64,000 nucleotides of DNA. Origin: an uncultured virus (IMG/VR IMGVR_UViG_3300042691_022988). Its lineage: Duplodnaviria > Heunggongvirae > Uroviricota > Caudoviricetes. The notes under the pieces were generated by a model, which was not told where the DNA came from, made no database searches, and saw nothing but the letters and a program-made list of their open reading frames with translations. Shown one piece after another: positions 42,589-52,006 of this stretch. Each line of letters opens with the position of its first letter. Positions within the stretch are counted from its first letter, which is position 1. Location of the stretch: the IMG/VR virus record IMGVR_UViG_3300042691_022988; one strand, given 5' to 3'. The translations under genes were made by a program, and so were the position numbers.

Positions 42589-43238
42589 GGTATAACCTCT
42601 GGAAATATTTCTTTCTTCTCACGCCAAACTCGCGAGTAGTGTTCAGGTTGGATTCCAAGATTCTCAGCACGTACAGAAAAGGTAATTGCTTTTTGTAACG
42701 TAATGCTAACCTCGTCGTTCATTATCCTACTACGGGCATCTACTAAGGTCTGTCTCCAACTCTCAAGTCCCGCTTGAAAGTTCTTGTCATCATTAGACCT
42801 ATCGACGGGCTGTGTCAACAACGCTCTCTGCAAGGCTGCTATTCGGATGTCGGCTGTACTCATAATCGAATAATCCTCCGAACATTGTAGCCGGGTGAAC
42901 GTGATGTAACGCTCCACCGCCCAGTCCACATTCATCATGCAGAGCTGGGCGTAACCGTTGTCTGGGTCCGTGTCATCAACCATGATGTTCAGCTTGTTCA
43001 AAGTATATCGTTTGCGCTGGTTGATGTCCGGATACGCATCCTTAACGGGTGTACCTGGAGCGAACATATATATGAGATATCGAACAACTTTGTCGGCGCT
43101 AACTCCTTCTGGAAGGTCGTCAGACCTATCGAGAATGTGGGCTTGACTAGCCAGGTCCGAGAAACGGTATATTACCACCTCGTCATCCGGGATGCCTTCA
43201 ATGTTGTAGGATATTTTACTAAAATCTAATTTTATCAT
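42585..43238 (-). CDS. hypothetical protein (terminase small subunit candidate)
   Basis: coupled to TerL; position only. Confidence 0.5.
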   Translation of the reverse strand: MIKLDFSKISYNIEGIPDDEVVIYRFSDLASQAHILDRSDDLPEGVSADKVVRYLIYMFAPGTPVKDAYPDINQRKRYTLNKLNIMVDDTDPDNGYAQLCMMNVDWAVERYITFTRLQCSEDYSIMSTADIRIAALQRALLTQPVDRSNDDKNFQAGLESWRQTLVDARSRIMNDEVSITLQKAITFSVRAENLGIQPEHYSRVWREKKEIFPEVIP

Positions 43239-44038
43239 CTTTCGTAAGCCATTATTACTCTTGGCTGAAATCGAACATAGTCAGTTGAGTTTGCCATCGT
43301 TGGATCTAATTTTATAGCGTGTATTCTTCTGACGCAAACCACATCTCCCTTTTCAACACTTGTATTTGTCCAAACATCATGAAACTGGTATCGCGGCATC
43401 CTAGTTGGAACAACTACAACTTCTACTCTTGTAATATCATTATCTAACATATGTATCCCGCCACTCTTTCGCTCATTTCCCAACAGCTTGCCTATTACGT
43501 ATCCGTTTAAACTGAAAATATCATCCCCTCTTTTTGCTGCATATATGGACTTTTTTGATATGGATAAATATGTTTTACCGTCCTTAACAAACCCACCCTC
43601 TCCTTCAGTTATCATCTCCCTAGTAAAGGTAGCATCAAACCAAACCTCATCGCCAACAATCCCGTCGAATTCACAGTCGTAGTCCCACCCTTGATCATTC
43701 AAATCAGCCTCGGCTATTTTGATTATTTTACCGCGCCTAACCGCTTGTTTTCCTTGTATATCTTCTTTGTTTGTATCTGCCTCTCTTTTTGATTCTGCAA
43801 CTATCCTATTGTACTCTTTCATTAAAGACTTGTCCTTGTATCTTGATTTTTTCATTCCATTAACAAGGCTAACCATATGTTCTGGATCAACTTCAGCAAT
43901 GTAATCCTTTACCTTGTTTACAATCTTTAATTTACCGCCATTGAAGTCAATTTCATCTTCGGTTAATGAATGAAGTTCTATGATGCATTCTCCGTTTATT
44001 AATCGTAAACTATCTATATCTAATCCGTTCAGATTCAT
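43235..44038 (-). CDS. tandem GroES-like protein
   Basis: two GroES-like units: GKIIKI..VGDEVWF..ISKKSIYA and LNGYVIG..SGGIHM..VEKGDVV..FQPRVIMA. Confidence 0.55.
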   Translation of the reverse strand: MNLNGLDIDSLRLINGECIIELHSLTEDEIDFNGGKLKIVNKVKDYIAEVDPEHMVSLVNGMKKSRYKDKSLMKEYNRIVAESKREADTNKEDIQGKQAVRRGKIIKIAEADLNDQGWDYDCEFDGIVGDEVWFDATFTREMITEGEGGFVKDGKTYLSISKKSIYAAKRGDDIFSLNGYVIGKLLGNERKSGGIHMLDNDITRVEVVVVPTRMPRYQFHDVWTNTSVEKGDVVCVRRIHAIKLDPTMANSTDYVRFQPRVIMAYER

Positions 44039-44292
44039 TTGTTTGCAAGTTTATTTTCGTAAATTTCAAGTACTTGTTTCTGTTTGTCAAAATTTTTCTT
44101 CCCAATAGGAATTTTATTTTTAAGTTTATTCACGCATCTTCTGAGTGAAGAATAACTGCCAAAAACCATAACAGCATCCCAATCAGACATTAAGCCCTCG
44201 ACTTTTACCGGATCTACTTTTTCCCGTCGAATGTAGTATTCGTACACCTCTATGATTTTGAGGTAATTATTTTTTGTTTTTGTTCTGATCAT
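44035..44292 (-). CDS. hypothetical protein
   Basis: coupled ORF. Confidence 0.55.
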   Translation of the reverse strand: MIRTKTKNNYLKIIEVYEYYIRREKVDPVKVEGLMSDWDAVMVFGSYSSLRRCVNKLKNKIPIGKKNFDKQKQVLEIYENKLANK

Positions 44293-44569
44293 AATGCTCT
44301 TGCAATGTTTTGAAGAATGAAGATCGCTTAATACGAGTTTCTACCTTTGTTTTTGAGATCTCATCAAGAGTTTCACGATATCTACGAATAGCCTTCTCCA
44401 CCTGATCAAGATCTTCCGATGTTATGTGCGGGTCACAATACAATAGTCTTCGGCGAGACTTTGTGGCCATTGGAGTAAATATCCTCATAACCTCATATAT
44501 CTCAATCTTCTCATCAATCATTGTATTGAGAAGCAAGATGGCTCTGTTCCAATTTTCTATGTTATTCAT
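44267..44569 (-). CDS. hypothetical protein
   Basis: ORF; likely start MNNIENW. Confidence 0.55.
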   Translation of the reverse strand: MNNIENWNRAILLLNTMIDEKIEIYEVMRIFTPMATKSRRRLLYCDPHITSEDLDQVEKAIRRYRETLDEISKTKVETRIKRSSFFKTLQEHYDQNKNKK

Positions 44570-44777
44570 AAACCATAACAATAAATTGCTCGTGTACAGA
44601 ATATTCCGTAACATCTTGCAGTTCAACCTTGTCTATTTTACCAACAATGCAAACGCGTTGACCAACTTCAAAATCAGTAAATCTTCCAACTTTGGTTATT
44701 ATTGCGTCAATCTGCGATTTGCCTTTATTTTCTATTTCAATAAATACCCGATAATCGGCAGGGAATAAATTACTCAT
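44562..44777 (-). CDS. minimal GroES-like protein
   Basis: LFPADYRVFIE..AIITKVG..FEVGQRV..VHEQFIVMVYE follows the GroES pattern; TATATTTG directly upstream. Confidence 0.6.
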   Translation of the reverse strand: MSNLFPADYRVFIEIENKGKSQIDAIITKVGRFTDFEVGQRVCIVGKIDKVELQDVTEYSVHEQFIVMVYE

Positions 44778-44853
44778 GATGCAAATATACAGAAAAACAA
44801 CACTGTGTCAAGTTGATGCTTGTAAATAACACTAAACAATGTAAATTTGCGCT

Positions 44854-45045
44854 ATGTTTATCGTTTCAATCATACTCGTTATATCGTGCCTTACATTTAT
44901 GATTAAGAATTCCATATATGGCTGTGGTAAAAGATGTTACAAGACTCGAAAGGAGGCCGAGGAATACTGTGATTACGACCAGCAAGTCTATATGTGCTGG
45001 GAGTGTGAGACATGGCACATAAAAAATAATGGAGAAAACCCTTGA
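44854..45045 (+). CDS. small Zn-finger-like protein with N-terminal hydrophobic segment
   Basis: CGKRCY..YMCWECETWH; TAAATTTG upstream. Confidence 0.55.
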   Translation: MFIVSIILVISCLTFMIKNSIYGCGKRCYKTRKEAEEYCDYDQQVYMCWECETWHIKNNGENP

Positions 45046-45064
45046 CAACCTCGCGTGGTTGTTT

Positions 45065-45189
45065 TATGTTTGCCAAATATTCCAAGCGTAGTTTGTTATA
45101 GAGCAACAGCAAACTAGGCTTCGGATGCCTCGGTAAAGTAGAACTTTTACCAAATTAGGCCCGCGAAGTTGCTCTTGCGGGCTTTTTTT
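45065..45189 (+). promoter_or_regulatory. promoter plus structured attenuator leader of the replication operon
   Basis: TATGTTTG at 45065; hairpins; terminator GCCCGCGA/TTGCGGGC-T7 just before the ATG at 45195. Confidence 0.7.
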
Positions 45190-45194
45190 ATTTT

Positions 45195-45851
45195 ATGAAT
45201 ACAGGACAAATTGTTAAAACCAGGAACGTGCCTTTCGCAATGGTTCCTACTGAATTTCTAAGGGACAAGTCAATAAGCCTAAAGGCTAAAGGTCTTTTGT
45301 CTTTTCTGCTATCTCTACCTCCCGATTGGGTGATATACAAAAGTAAGTTGACAGACTATTTCTTAGATGGTAAAGACTCTATATCAAGCGCTTGGGATGA
45401 ACTAGAAGTGCTGGGATATATACACTCAGTTAGGATGATTGGAAGCGATGGCCTGTCTCGCGGATTTAATTATGTGGTTTATTACGAACCAACGGAAATC
45501 GGATTACCGGAAAGCGGATTAACGGATTGCGGAAAACCCGATATCCGAAAACCCGCCACTACATATATAGATAATACAAAGAAAGAAATAACATATAAAT
45601 ATACTTTCGAGCAGTTTTGGATTGCTTACGACAAGAAGGTGGACAAGAAACAAACTCTAGCTGTTTGGAACAAACTATCCGCTGATGACAGAATCCTAGC
45701 AGTTGAAGGCATGGATAACCACAAATCGGGTCGCGAACGCAAATACTGGAAGGATCCTGTTCGATATCTTCGCGATAGAAGATGGGAAGACGAAACACAA
45801 ACGAAAACAATAAAACAAACACCTATTCAAGATGATAACAACACATGGTAA
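45195..45851 (+). CDS. phage replication initiator (N-terminal wHTH)
   Basis: LRDKSISLKAKGLLSFLLS..W; FEQFWIAYDKKVDKK..W..DPVRYL..RRWEDE. Confidence 0.8.
   Translation: MNTGQIVKTRNVPFAMVPTEFLRDKSISLKAKGLLSFLLSLPPDWVIYKSKLTDYFLDGKDSISSAWDELEVLGYIHSVRMIGSDGLSRGFNYVVYYEPTEIGLPESGLTDCGKPDIRKPATTYIDNTKKEITYKYTFEQFWIAYDKKVDKKQTLAVWNKLSADDRILAVEGMDNHKSGRERKYWKDPVRYLRDRRWEDETQTKTIKQTPIQDDNNTW
45493..45552 (+). repeat. four 15-bp iteron-like repeats (probable origin)
   Basis: CGGAAATCGGATTAC/CGGAAAGCGGATTAA/CGGATTGCGGAAAAC/CCGATATCCGAAAAC followed by an AT-rich tract. Confidence 0.7.
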
Positions 45852-47772
45852 GATTTCAATTTACAAAGACTTCAATGACCTGCAAGGACACCAAATTACT
45901 GTGGTGGGCGCACTTGAACGAATTCGGACTGGAAAATCAAAGGAGCTTGTCGAGAAGGCGAGGGAAGCCAAGACCAAAAAAGAGGCGGACGAACTAAAGA
46001 AGAAACTTCCAGCGGTTTGTTTCAGTGGTCTTTTTAATAAACGCAAGGATTCTGAACTTATCGAACACTCCGGGTACATCGTACTTGATTTCGATAATGT
46101 CCCAAATATAACCCAAAAAAGAAATGAATTGGGTCATATAAAGCACATTGCGGCTGTTTGGGTGTCGCCTTCTGGGAAAGGATTAAAGGCTTTGGTCCAA
46201 ATTGAATGGAAAACCATGCATAAGGAGCATTTTGATGCCTTAATGAATGATTTTCCGGACATTGATAAAACGGGTAGGAATGTTTCTCGTTTATGCTTTG
46301 AATCATACGATCCAGACCTTTACTACAATCCGAATGCTGAGGTTTACTCTAAATTACCCGTAAAGAAGGCCGATAAAAGATCACCACAACAGACAGCCAC
46401 AGAAACGATTAACGACGACGACAAGATATTCCAGAACCTTTTGACCTGGATGACATCCAAAGGAGATGCGTTCCGAGAAGGAGAAAGGAACCACTTTGTT
46501 TTCAAGTTAGCTGCAAGTTGCTGCCGGTTCGGGATGCTTGAGGAGACATGCTACAACATGATGATGACCTATGTTGTGCCTGACGCTAGTTTTAGCCAAC
46601 GTGAATGCAGACAAGCGATACGTAGCGCATACAGGGCTAACATGAATCAATGGAATACAGCCGAGTTCACCAAAGACCAGTTGGTTAGTAAGAGTAACCG
46701 ACTGGAGGTTGACATCGTAATCTCCGCAGAAGATGCGGCGAATATTGCGGCGAATGACGTGATTTATGCGGAGGAAGTTATAGAACAGGCGTCCGACATA
46801 TACCTCCACGGATACAGGGCAGCTCAACCGTTAGGGGTTCCGCAACTCGACAAACACTTCAAACGTGTGAAGGGTGACTTAACAATTGTTTCCGGAATTG
46901 GAAATTACGGAAAGTCGTCGTTTATGAAGTGGGAGATGGTTTTTAGAATCGTGAAATTTGGAGAAAAGGTTGCCATTTTCACGCCTGAAGAATTACCAGC
47001 AGAGCAGTTTTACCACGACCTGGTCGAAATTTACTTTGGAAAAGACTGCACACCCAACAACCCCAACCGCCCGTCATACGAAGCGTACATGAAAGTGTAT
47101 AAAATGATTGGAGAACACATATTTATGGTTTACCCTAAAAGTGTAAGCCCTACTCCTGAATACGTTAAGGAGGTATTCCTTACCCTCATCGTAAAGCATG
47201 GAGTAGAGCGAGTTATCATCGACCCGTTCAACCAGATGGCAAATGATTACACGAAGGGAGGAGGACGCAGCGACAAGTACCTGGAGACGTTTCTATCTGA
47301 CTGCACCCGTTTTGCCAGAAAGAACAACGTGTACTTCGACATAGTGGTTCACCCACACAAAATGAGGAAGGGAGATGACGGTAACTATCCATGCCCAGAA
47401 GTATTTGACCTTGCCGACGGAGCAATGTGGAACAACAAGGCTGACAACATTCTCATATACCACCGTCCGTTCGCTCAGACAGCCCCAGAAAGCCCTATCT
47501 GCGAGTTCCATAGTAAGAAGATCCGACGACAAAAGATCGTGGGTATAAAGGGCTTCTTTGAGTTCCAGTTACAGAGGAACACTCGAAGGTTTACTTTTGA
47601 TGGAGTGGACTACCTGCAACAAGCGATTGATGGCAAGTATGTACAAGCTACAATGGAAGAACCAAAGCCCTCTGTAATTAAGCCAAACAGAAGTTGGACT
47701 GACTCAAAAGAAGCAAAGGAGTGGAATGAAGAAATAGATCACCCGAACGGCTACAAAGAGGCCTGGGAATAA
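45832..47772 (+). CDS. primase-helicase (BT4734/VirE-N-like primase, PriCT, DnaB/Twinkle-like helicase)
   Basis: KKKLPAVCFSG, HSGYIVLDFD, SPSGKGLK, EGERN, GIGNYGKS, IIDPFN, VVHP. Confidence 0.85.
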   Translation: MITTHGKISIYKDFNDLQGHQITVVGALERIRTGKSKELVEKAREAKTKKEADELKKKLPAVCFSGLFNKRKDSELIEHSGYIVLDFDNVPNITQKRNELGHIKHIAAVWVSPSGKGLKALVQIEWKTMHKEHFDALMNDFPDIDKTGRNVSRLCFESYDPDLYYNPNAEVYSKLPVKKADKRSPQQTATETINDDDKIFQNLLTWMTSKGDAFREGERNHFVFKLAASCCRFGMLEETCYNMMMTYVVPDASFSQRECRQAIRSAYRANMNQWNTAEFTKDQLVSKSNRLEVDIVISAEDAANIAANDVIYAEEVIEQASDIYLHGYRAAQPLGVPQLDKHFKRVKGDLTIVSGIGNYGKSSFMKWEMVFRIVKFGEKVAIFTPEELPAEQFYHDLVEIYFGKDCTPNNPNRPSYEAYMKVYKMIGEHIFMVYPKSVSPTPEYVKEVFLTLIVKHGVERVIIDPFNQMANDYTKGGGRSDKYLETFLSDCTRFARKNNVYFDIVVHPHKMRKGDDGNYPCPEVFDLADGAMWNNKADNILIYHRPFAQTAPESPICEFHSKKIRRQKIVGIKGFFEFQLQRNTRRFTFDGVDYLQQAIDGKYVQATMEEPKPSVIKPNRSWTDSKEAKEWNEEIDHPNGYKEAWE

Positions 47773-47852
47773 TTTAACATTTTTTTTCTTGCATAAAAGA
47801 AACATATATGCTACATTTGCGAATATAACCAATATAAATTAATCAAAAAGTT

Positions 47853-48488
47853 ATGGGATTAAATCAAGGTGGTTCATCAAACCGTACTTACCTCAGTATT
47901 GCTGGCGGTAAGATTGCCAAGCGCGTTCCTGAAGGAACAGCTGGCTCAATTAAGTGTATGAGTAAAGACGGTACTAAGATTTGGTACGAAGAGCGTTACA
48001 CATCACTTTCAGGCTACATCACAGACGTGTTTAAGCGTGTGTCCGAACAGGGATATGGCGATCAGCTGTGTATTGTATTGAAAGATGGTGATAAGGAATA
48101 CCAAATCCAAATGCCGTGGAGTTCACGCTACTCATCCGGATTCTTTTTGTCAATGCCTAACATCGATGCCGGAAAAGAGATTACTCTTACTCCATGGTCT
48201 AAGGAGATTGACGGCAAAACCCGTACAATGCTTTACCTGCGTCAGGGACAAGAAGACATCAAGTGGGCATGGACTAAAGACAACCCCGGAAATATGCCTG
48301 AAATGAAACAAATCAAGGTAAAGGGTCAAGTTGTATGGGATGACTCAGAGCGTCAAGAATTCTTTGAAAAGCATCTCAACGACATATTCTTGCCACAGGT
48401 CAAGGCCGTAAGTTCCGTAAAGAAATTAGATTCGTATGCTGCCCCAGAGGTAGTTGAGGATCCAGATGACGACGGATTGCCATTTTAA
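47853..48488 (+). CDS. single-stranded DNA-binding protein (probable)
   Basis: acidic tail DPDDDGLPF; in the replication module; TACATTTG upstream. Confidence 0.7.
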   Translation: MGLNQGGSSNRTYLSIAGGKIAKRVPEGTAGSIKCMSKDGTKIWYEERYTSLSGYITDVFKRVSEQGYGDQLCIVLKDGDKEYQIQMPWSSRYSSGFFLSMPNIDAGKEITLTPWSKEIDGKTRTMLYLRQGQEDIKWAWTKDNPGNMPEMKQIKVKGQVVWDDSERQEFFEKHLNDIFLPQVKAVSSVKKLDSYAAPEVVEDPDDDGLPF

Positions 48489-48556
48489 TCTTAACCAAGA
48501 GTCGTGGCGGGGGATAAATGCAAGCAAACCCGCCACGGCTTAAACCAAACGAACAA

Positions 48557-49042
48557 ATGAGATACACATTCAAAGACCTAGTAGAAATGGTTCCGTTTGC
48601 AAGACGGGCCGAATTCACAAAGATTTACGAGTACCTCCACAAGGTAGATAATCCACACGAAAACGACATCTTAGAAAAGGTAAGCAAGCACTTCGAAGTA
48701 CCAACCGCTGACATTAAAAGCGATAAGAGATTTGCAGATGTTGTTCTTGCTCGTCAAATGTATGTAACGGCAGTAAAAGTGTGTTCAACGAAAAGCCTAG
48801 CAGAAGTTGCTAGAACAGTGAATAAAGACCACGCAACTGTATGTCATGCAATGAAAACCATAAAGGGTGATTACAGCTACAATGCGGTACGCCGAAATAA
48901 AATTCGTCACTTTATTGCTGACCTTGATCCAACTAAACAAGAACTTTTATTAGATTTTTTCAATGAACGGAATCCCGATATCCTTGCCGCCTACTCCGTC
49001 GATGTCGACCGAGTTACAGCACCTGCGGAGCCTAAGGCATGA
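48557..49042 (+). CDS. DnaA C-terminal-like HTH protein
   Basis: VSKHFEV..DIKSDKR..VVLARQM..SLAEVA..KDHATVCHA. Confidence 0.8.
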   Translation: MRYTFKDLVEMVPFARRAEFTKIYEYLHKVDNPHENDILEKVSKHFEVPTADIKSDKRFADVVLARQMYVTAVKVCSTKSLAEVARTVNKDHATVCHAMKTIKGDYSYNAVRRNKIRHFIADLDPTKQELLLDFFNERNPDILAAYSVDVDRVTAPAEPKA

Positions 49043-49232
49043 AATGCTTGCTGGTGACAGCCAATACCCCAAGAAAAAAGGTGTATACAAGCCAAAAGAC
49101 AAATACAGGAGAGATTATTTCTTGATGCGTCTGATTAACAAGAGATTGTACGAATTAACCGGTAATGATATGTACCTTTGGCTTGGTGGACTTTTCAATG
49201 AACTAAAAAAAATAGAAGATGGGCAGAATTGA
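49023..49232 (+). CDS. hypothetical protein (start uncertain)
   Basis: ORF; LINKRLYELTGN motif. Confidence 0.45.
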   Translation: MRSLRHEMLAGDSQYPKKKGVYKPKDKYRRDYFLMRLINKRLYELTGNDMYLWLGGLFNELKKIEDGQN

Positions 49233-49497
49233 AATAAAAGACGCAAAGCGCACCATTGATGGGAAAAGGGTTAATGCTTACCGCGTTAGAACAATCGGAG
49301 AAAATAATGAAATACTCCAGACCTCAGAAGTTTTAAATTCTCCTGACGCTGTTAAAAAACATATCAAAGCAATGGCGATGGCTTGGGGCAGCGAAGGCGA
49401 ATGCGAGGTTATTGATTGCACTTACCGTGGCAAGTTTGACGGCAAGTCAATAGAGCTTGAAAAGTACGACAAGCTAAAGTTTGAAGTTATTTTTTAG
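49219..49497 (+). CDS. YegP/DUF1508-like protein
   Basis: YRVRTIGENNEILQTSEVL pattern. Confidence 0.55.
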   Translation: MGRIEIKDAKRTIDGKRVNAYRVRTIGENNEILQTSEVLNSPDAVKKHIKAMAMAWGSEGECEVIDCTYRGKFDGKSIELEKYDKLKFEVIF

Positions 49498-49777
49498 AAG
49501 ACTTACCGTTATGCCCATTCCTAGCTCTATTGGAAGACTGCTTTTCTCTAACCATTTTACCAGATTTGGTATGAGACATATCCTTTCCGTCGCCATTACC
49601 GTAGGTATTTGCCTTGCGGTTGGCGCGGTTAAGGGATGCTCGGTACTTTTTCCTCTCTTCAGTAGAGTGGTACTTTTTGTCATACTCAGCCTTTTTTTCT
49701 TTGGAATCGGGATTTTTTGCATAATGTTTAGCAGATCTAGATTTTCCCAAAGAACGACCGGCAAGTTTATTTCTCAT
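49487..49777 (-). CDS. basic protein with HNH-like remnant
   Basis: GDGKDMSH..SSNRARN; TATCTTTG upstream on the minus strand. Confidence 0.6.
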   Translation of the reverse strand: MRNKLAGRSLGKSRSAKHYAKNPDSKEKKAEYDKKYHSTEERKKYRASLNRANRKANTYGNGDGKDMSHTKSGKMVREKQSSNRARNGHNGKSSKK

Positions 49778-49983
49778 GGCTATGAATTTGAGCAAAGATA
49801 AATTAAAATTTACCGTATAATGTCAATCATTGAATCGCGAATATTTGAGAGGTTTAGTTGGTTTGAAAACGGGGAAAATAAAACGATGTATATTTGCGTA
49901 CCGGCAACGCTGGTGATAATGGGCGAGATAAATCAAAAAACACATTTTATATTTTGGAACTAAAGAAATCATTTATCCGATAT

Positions 49984-50193
49984 ATGTTGGAAATACCCAA
50001 CATAACACTAACCGCATTTTTGATTGCGTTTGGTATTGCACTAGTCCTTTCTATAATTGAGAAAAACTATCCAAGCGCGATAGGTTGTTTTCTAACCATA
50101 GCAACCATATTGCCAATCAAGTATATGGTCTGGAGAAAACAAGTACAAGTAGAAAATAAAAAGCAAAAAGTCATCGTAATCAAAAGAAAATGA
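49984..50193 (+). CDS. small two-TM membrane protein
   Basis: two hydrophobic segments and a basic tail. Confidence 0.5.
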   Translation: MLEIPNITLTAFLIAFGIALVLSIIEKNYPSAIGCFLTIATILPIKYMVWRKQVQVENKKQKVIVIKRK

Positions 50194-50214
50194 ACAAGCT
50201 AAAAAGTTTGTTGA

Positions 50215-50307
50215 TACATTTGCTGAGTTGCGTTGTTGTGGCGCAAGTTCAGTTTGTTTTAATCATTTCGTTTGTGTGAACCGCTCCTAACAAGGGGCGG
50301 TTTTTTT
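50215..50307 (+). ncRNA. candidate small RNA with own promoter and terminator
   Basis: TACATTTG at 50215; 5' hairpin; U/G-rich linker; AACCGCTCCT/AGGGGCGGTT-T5 terminator; no ORF. Confidence 0.6.
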
Positions 50308-50345
50308 CTCGGTGATGGTGATTATATTTGCAATATATCAACCAA

Positions 50346-51368
50346 ATGAAAAATAACGTACAAAACTATCGCAACGTACTCAACGATACTCGCGATATAA
50401 GCCAAAACAAAAAACTAGAAGAGGAGTGGAATAAGGCTGAAACCGGGTCTAATCTACAATCTTTTAAAAGAGGTTTCCTGGCGTGGAAGAAAACAAACTC
50501 ACACAAGGAGCCGGTGAAAAAAGCACGATTTAAACCACAAGCAATTGTAAATGCGTTCGAGGATATCATTAATGAGCTGATTCCCGACAGTAATCCATTG
50601 GGTCTCCCAGACTCAAAGGAAAACAAGTACAGCCCGTATAAATTTCCAACTAATCATAATGATATCCTATTTCTCACCGACATTCACGTACCATATCACA
50701 ACATTGCTGCCGTCACAGCTGCACTCAAGTACGGTCTTGAAAATGAGGTCAACACAATCTACATTAACGGGGACCTCATCGACTTCTACGCAATCAGCCG
50801 CTTCCAAAAGGATCCGCGAAAAAGGGACCTCGCCTCGGAAATCTACATGGCAAGAGACTTCCTCTACACCCTGCGACGATTGTTCCCTACACAAGCAATA
50901 TACTTCAAAGCAGGAAACCACGACATCCGTTGGGACCACTATTTAATCAACAATGCCTCAGATCTTGTGGGGATTGAAGAGTTCTCATTGCAATCCATTC
51001 TTCACTTGGATAAACTGAACATCACGTTTATTCCAGACAAACAACTTGTTAGAATGGGTAAGCTAGTAGCCCTTCATGGGCATGAGTTTGGGTCAAGTAT
51101 GTTTAGCCCAGTAAACATTGCCCGTGGTCTTTATCTTCGAGCCAAGGATAACGCTATCTGCGGACACCACCACCAGACGTCGGAGCATACCGAGCCAAAC
51201 ATCAACGGAAAGGTAACCACCTGCTGGTCGGTAGCTTGCCTTTGTGAGCTGCATCCGGACTATATGCCAATTAACAAATTTACACACGGATTTGCACACG
51301 TCAAAGTGTTTGATAATGAAGACTTTGAGGTGACAAACTACCGTATCGTGGATGGTAAGATTAAGTAG
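50346..51368 (+). CDS. calcineurin-like metallophosphoesterase
   Basis: TDIHVP, NGDLID, GNHD, HGHE, GHHH motifs. Confidence 0.9.
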   Translation: MKNNVQNYRNVLNDTRDISQNKKLEEEWNKAETGSNLQSFKRGFLAWKKTNSHKEPVKKARFKPQAIVNAFEDIINELIPDSNPLGLPDSKENKYSPYKFPTNHNDILFLTDIHVPYHNIAAVTAALKYGLENEVNTIYINGDLIDFYAISRFQKDPRKRDLASEIYMARDFLYTLRRLFPTQAIYFKAGNHDIRWDHYLINNASDLVGIEEFSLQSILHLDKLNITFIPDKQLVRMGKLVALHGHEFGSSMFSPVNIARGLYLRAKDNAICGHHHQTSEHTEPNINGKVTTCWSVACLCELHPDYMPINKFTHGFAHVKVFDNEDFEVTNYRIVDGKIK

Positions 51369-51447
51369 TCACTCGTAACATTTTTGTGCGTGTTTTTGTT
51401 ACGAGAGATGTGCGTTTTTTTCTGTATTTTGCATAACGGGATGTGCA

Positions 51448-51690
51448 ATGGAAAACTTCAGGATCAAATACAGAAAGTTGGGCAGGGAAAAGGCCAGGGG
51501 TCTTTACCATGAAGACGGCTTGATTGAAATTGATCCTCGCCTTCCAGCCAAAGAACATTTGGAGGTTGCAATTCACGAATATTTACACCACGAATTCAAG
51601 CATTGGGATGAACACTATGTTGAAGAGTATGGTGTAAAAATATCAGAGTTTCTTTGGGCATTAGGTTATAGAAGAGTAAATTTGGACTAA
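51448..51690 (+). CDS. mini-zincin-like protein
   Basis: GL..IEIDPRL..IHEYLH..E. Confidence 0.65.
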   Translation: MENFRIKYRKLGREKARGLYHEDGLIEIDPRLPAKEHLEVAIHEYLHHEFKHWDEHYVEEYGVKISEFLWALGYRRVNLD

Positions 51691-51691
51691 T

Positions 51692-51946
51692 ATGCTGAGA
51701 GTCATATTACCTGTGGTTATTGACACCGAAGAAAAACGGTTGGCTGATTTGGTTGGTGCTACACCCGAAAAGTATGAGTGTGAGCCAGGCATATTCTATA
51801 GTATCGACAATGTTCGCCCATATCAAAACTATAAAAATCTTTGTATGGTAAGTTCCGGTGGGGACGACTTCATTATAGGACTTTCTATGGAACAAGTGGA
51901 TGAAATTATTATGAGCGACGTGAGCTTTATGTTTAGCGCAAATTAA
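51692..51946 (+). CDS. hypothetical protein
   Basis: ORF in operon. Confidence 0.6.
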   Translation: MLRVILPVVIDTEEKRLADLVGATPEKYECEPGIFYSIDNVRPYQNYKNLCMVSSGGDDFIIGLSMEQVDEIIMSDVSFMFSAN

Positions 51947-52006
51947 TGTTAAAATGCTTGCACCAACTCCACTTGTGTTGTATTTTCGCAACTAATTACA
52001 AACGAT

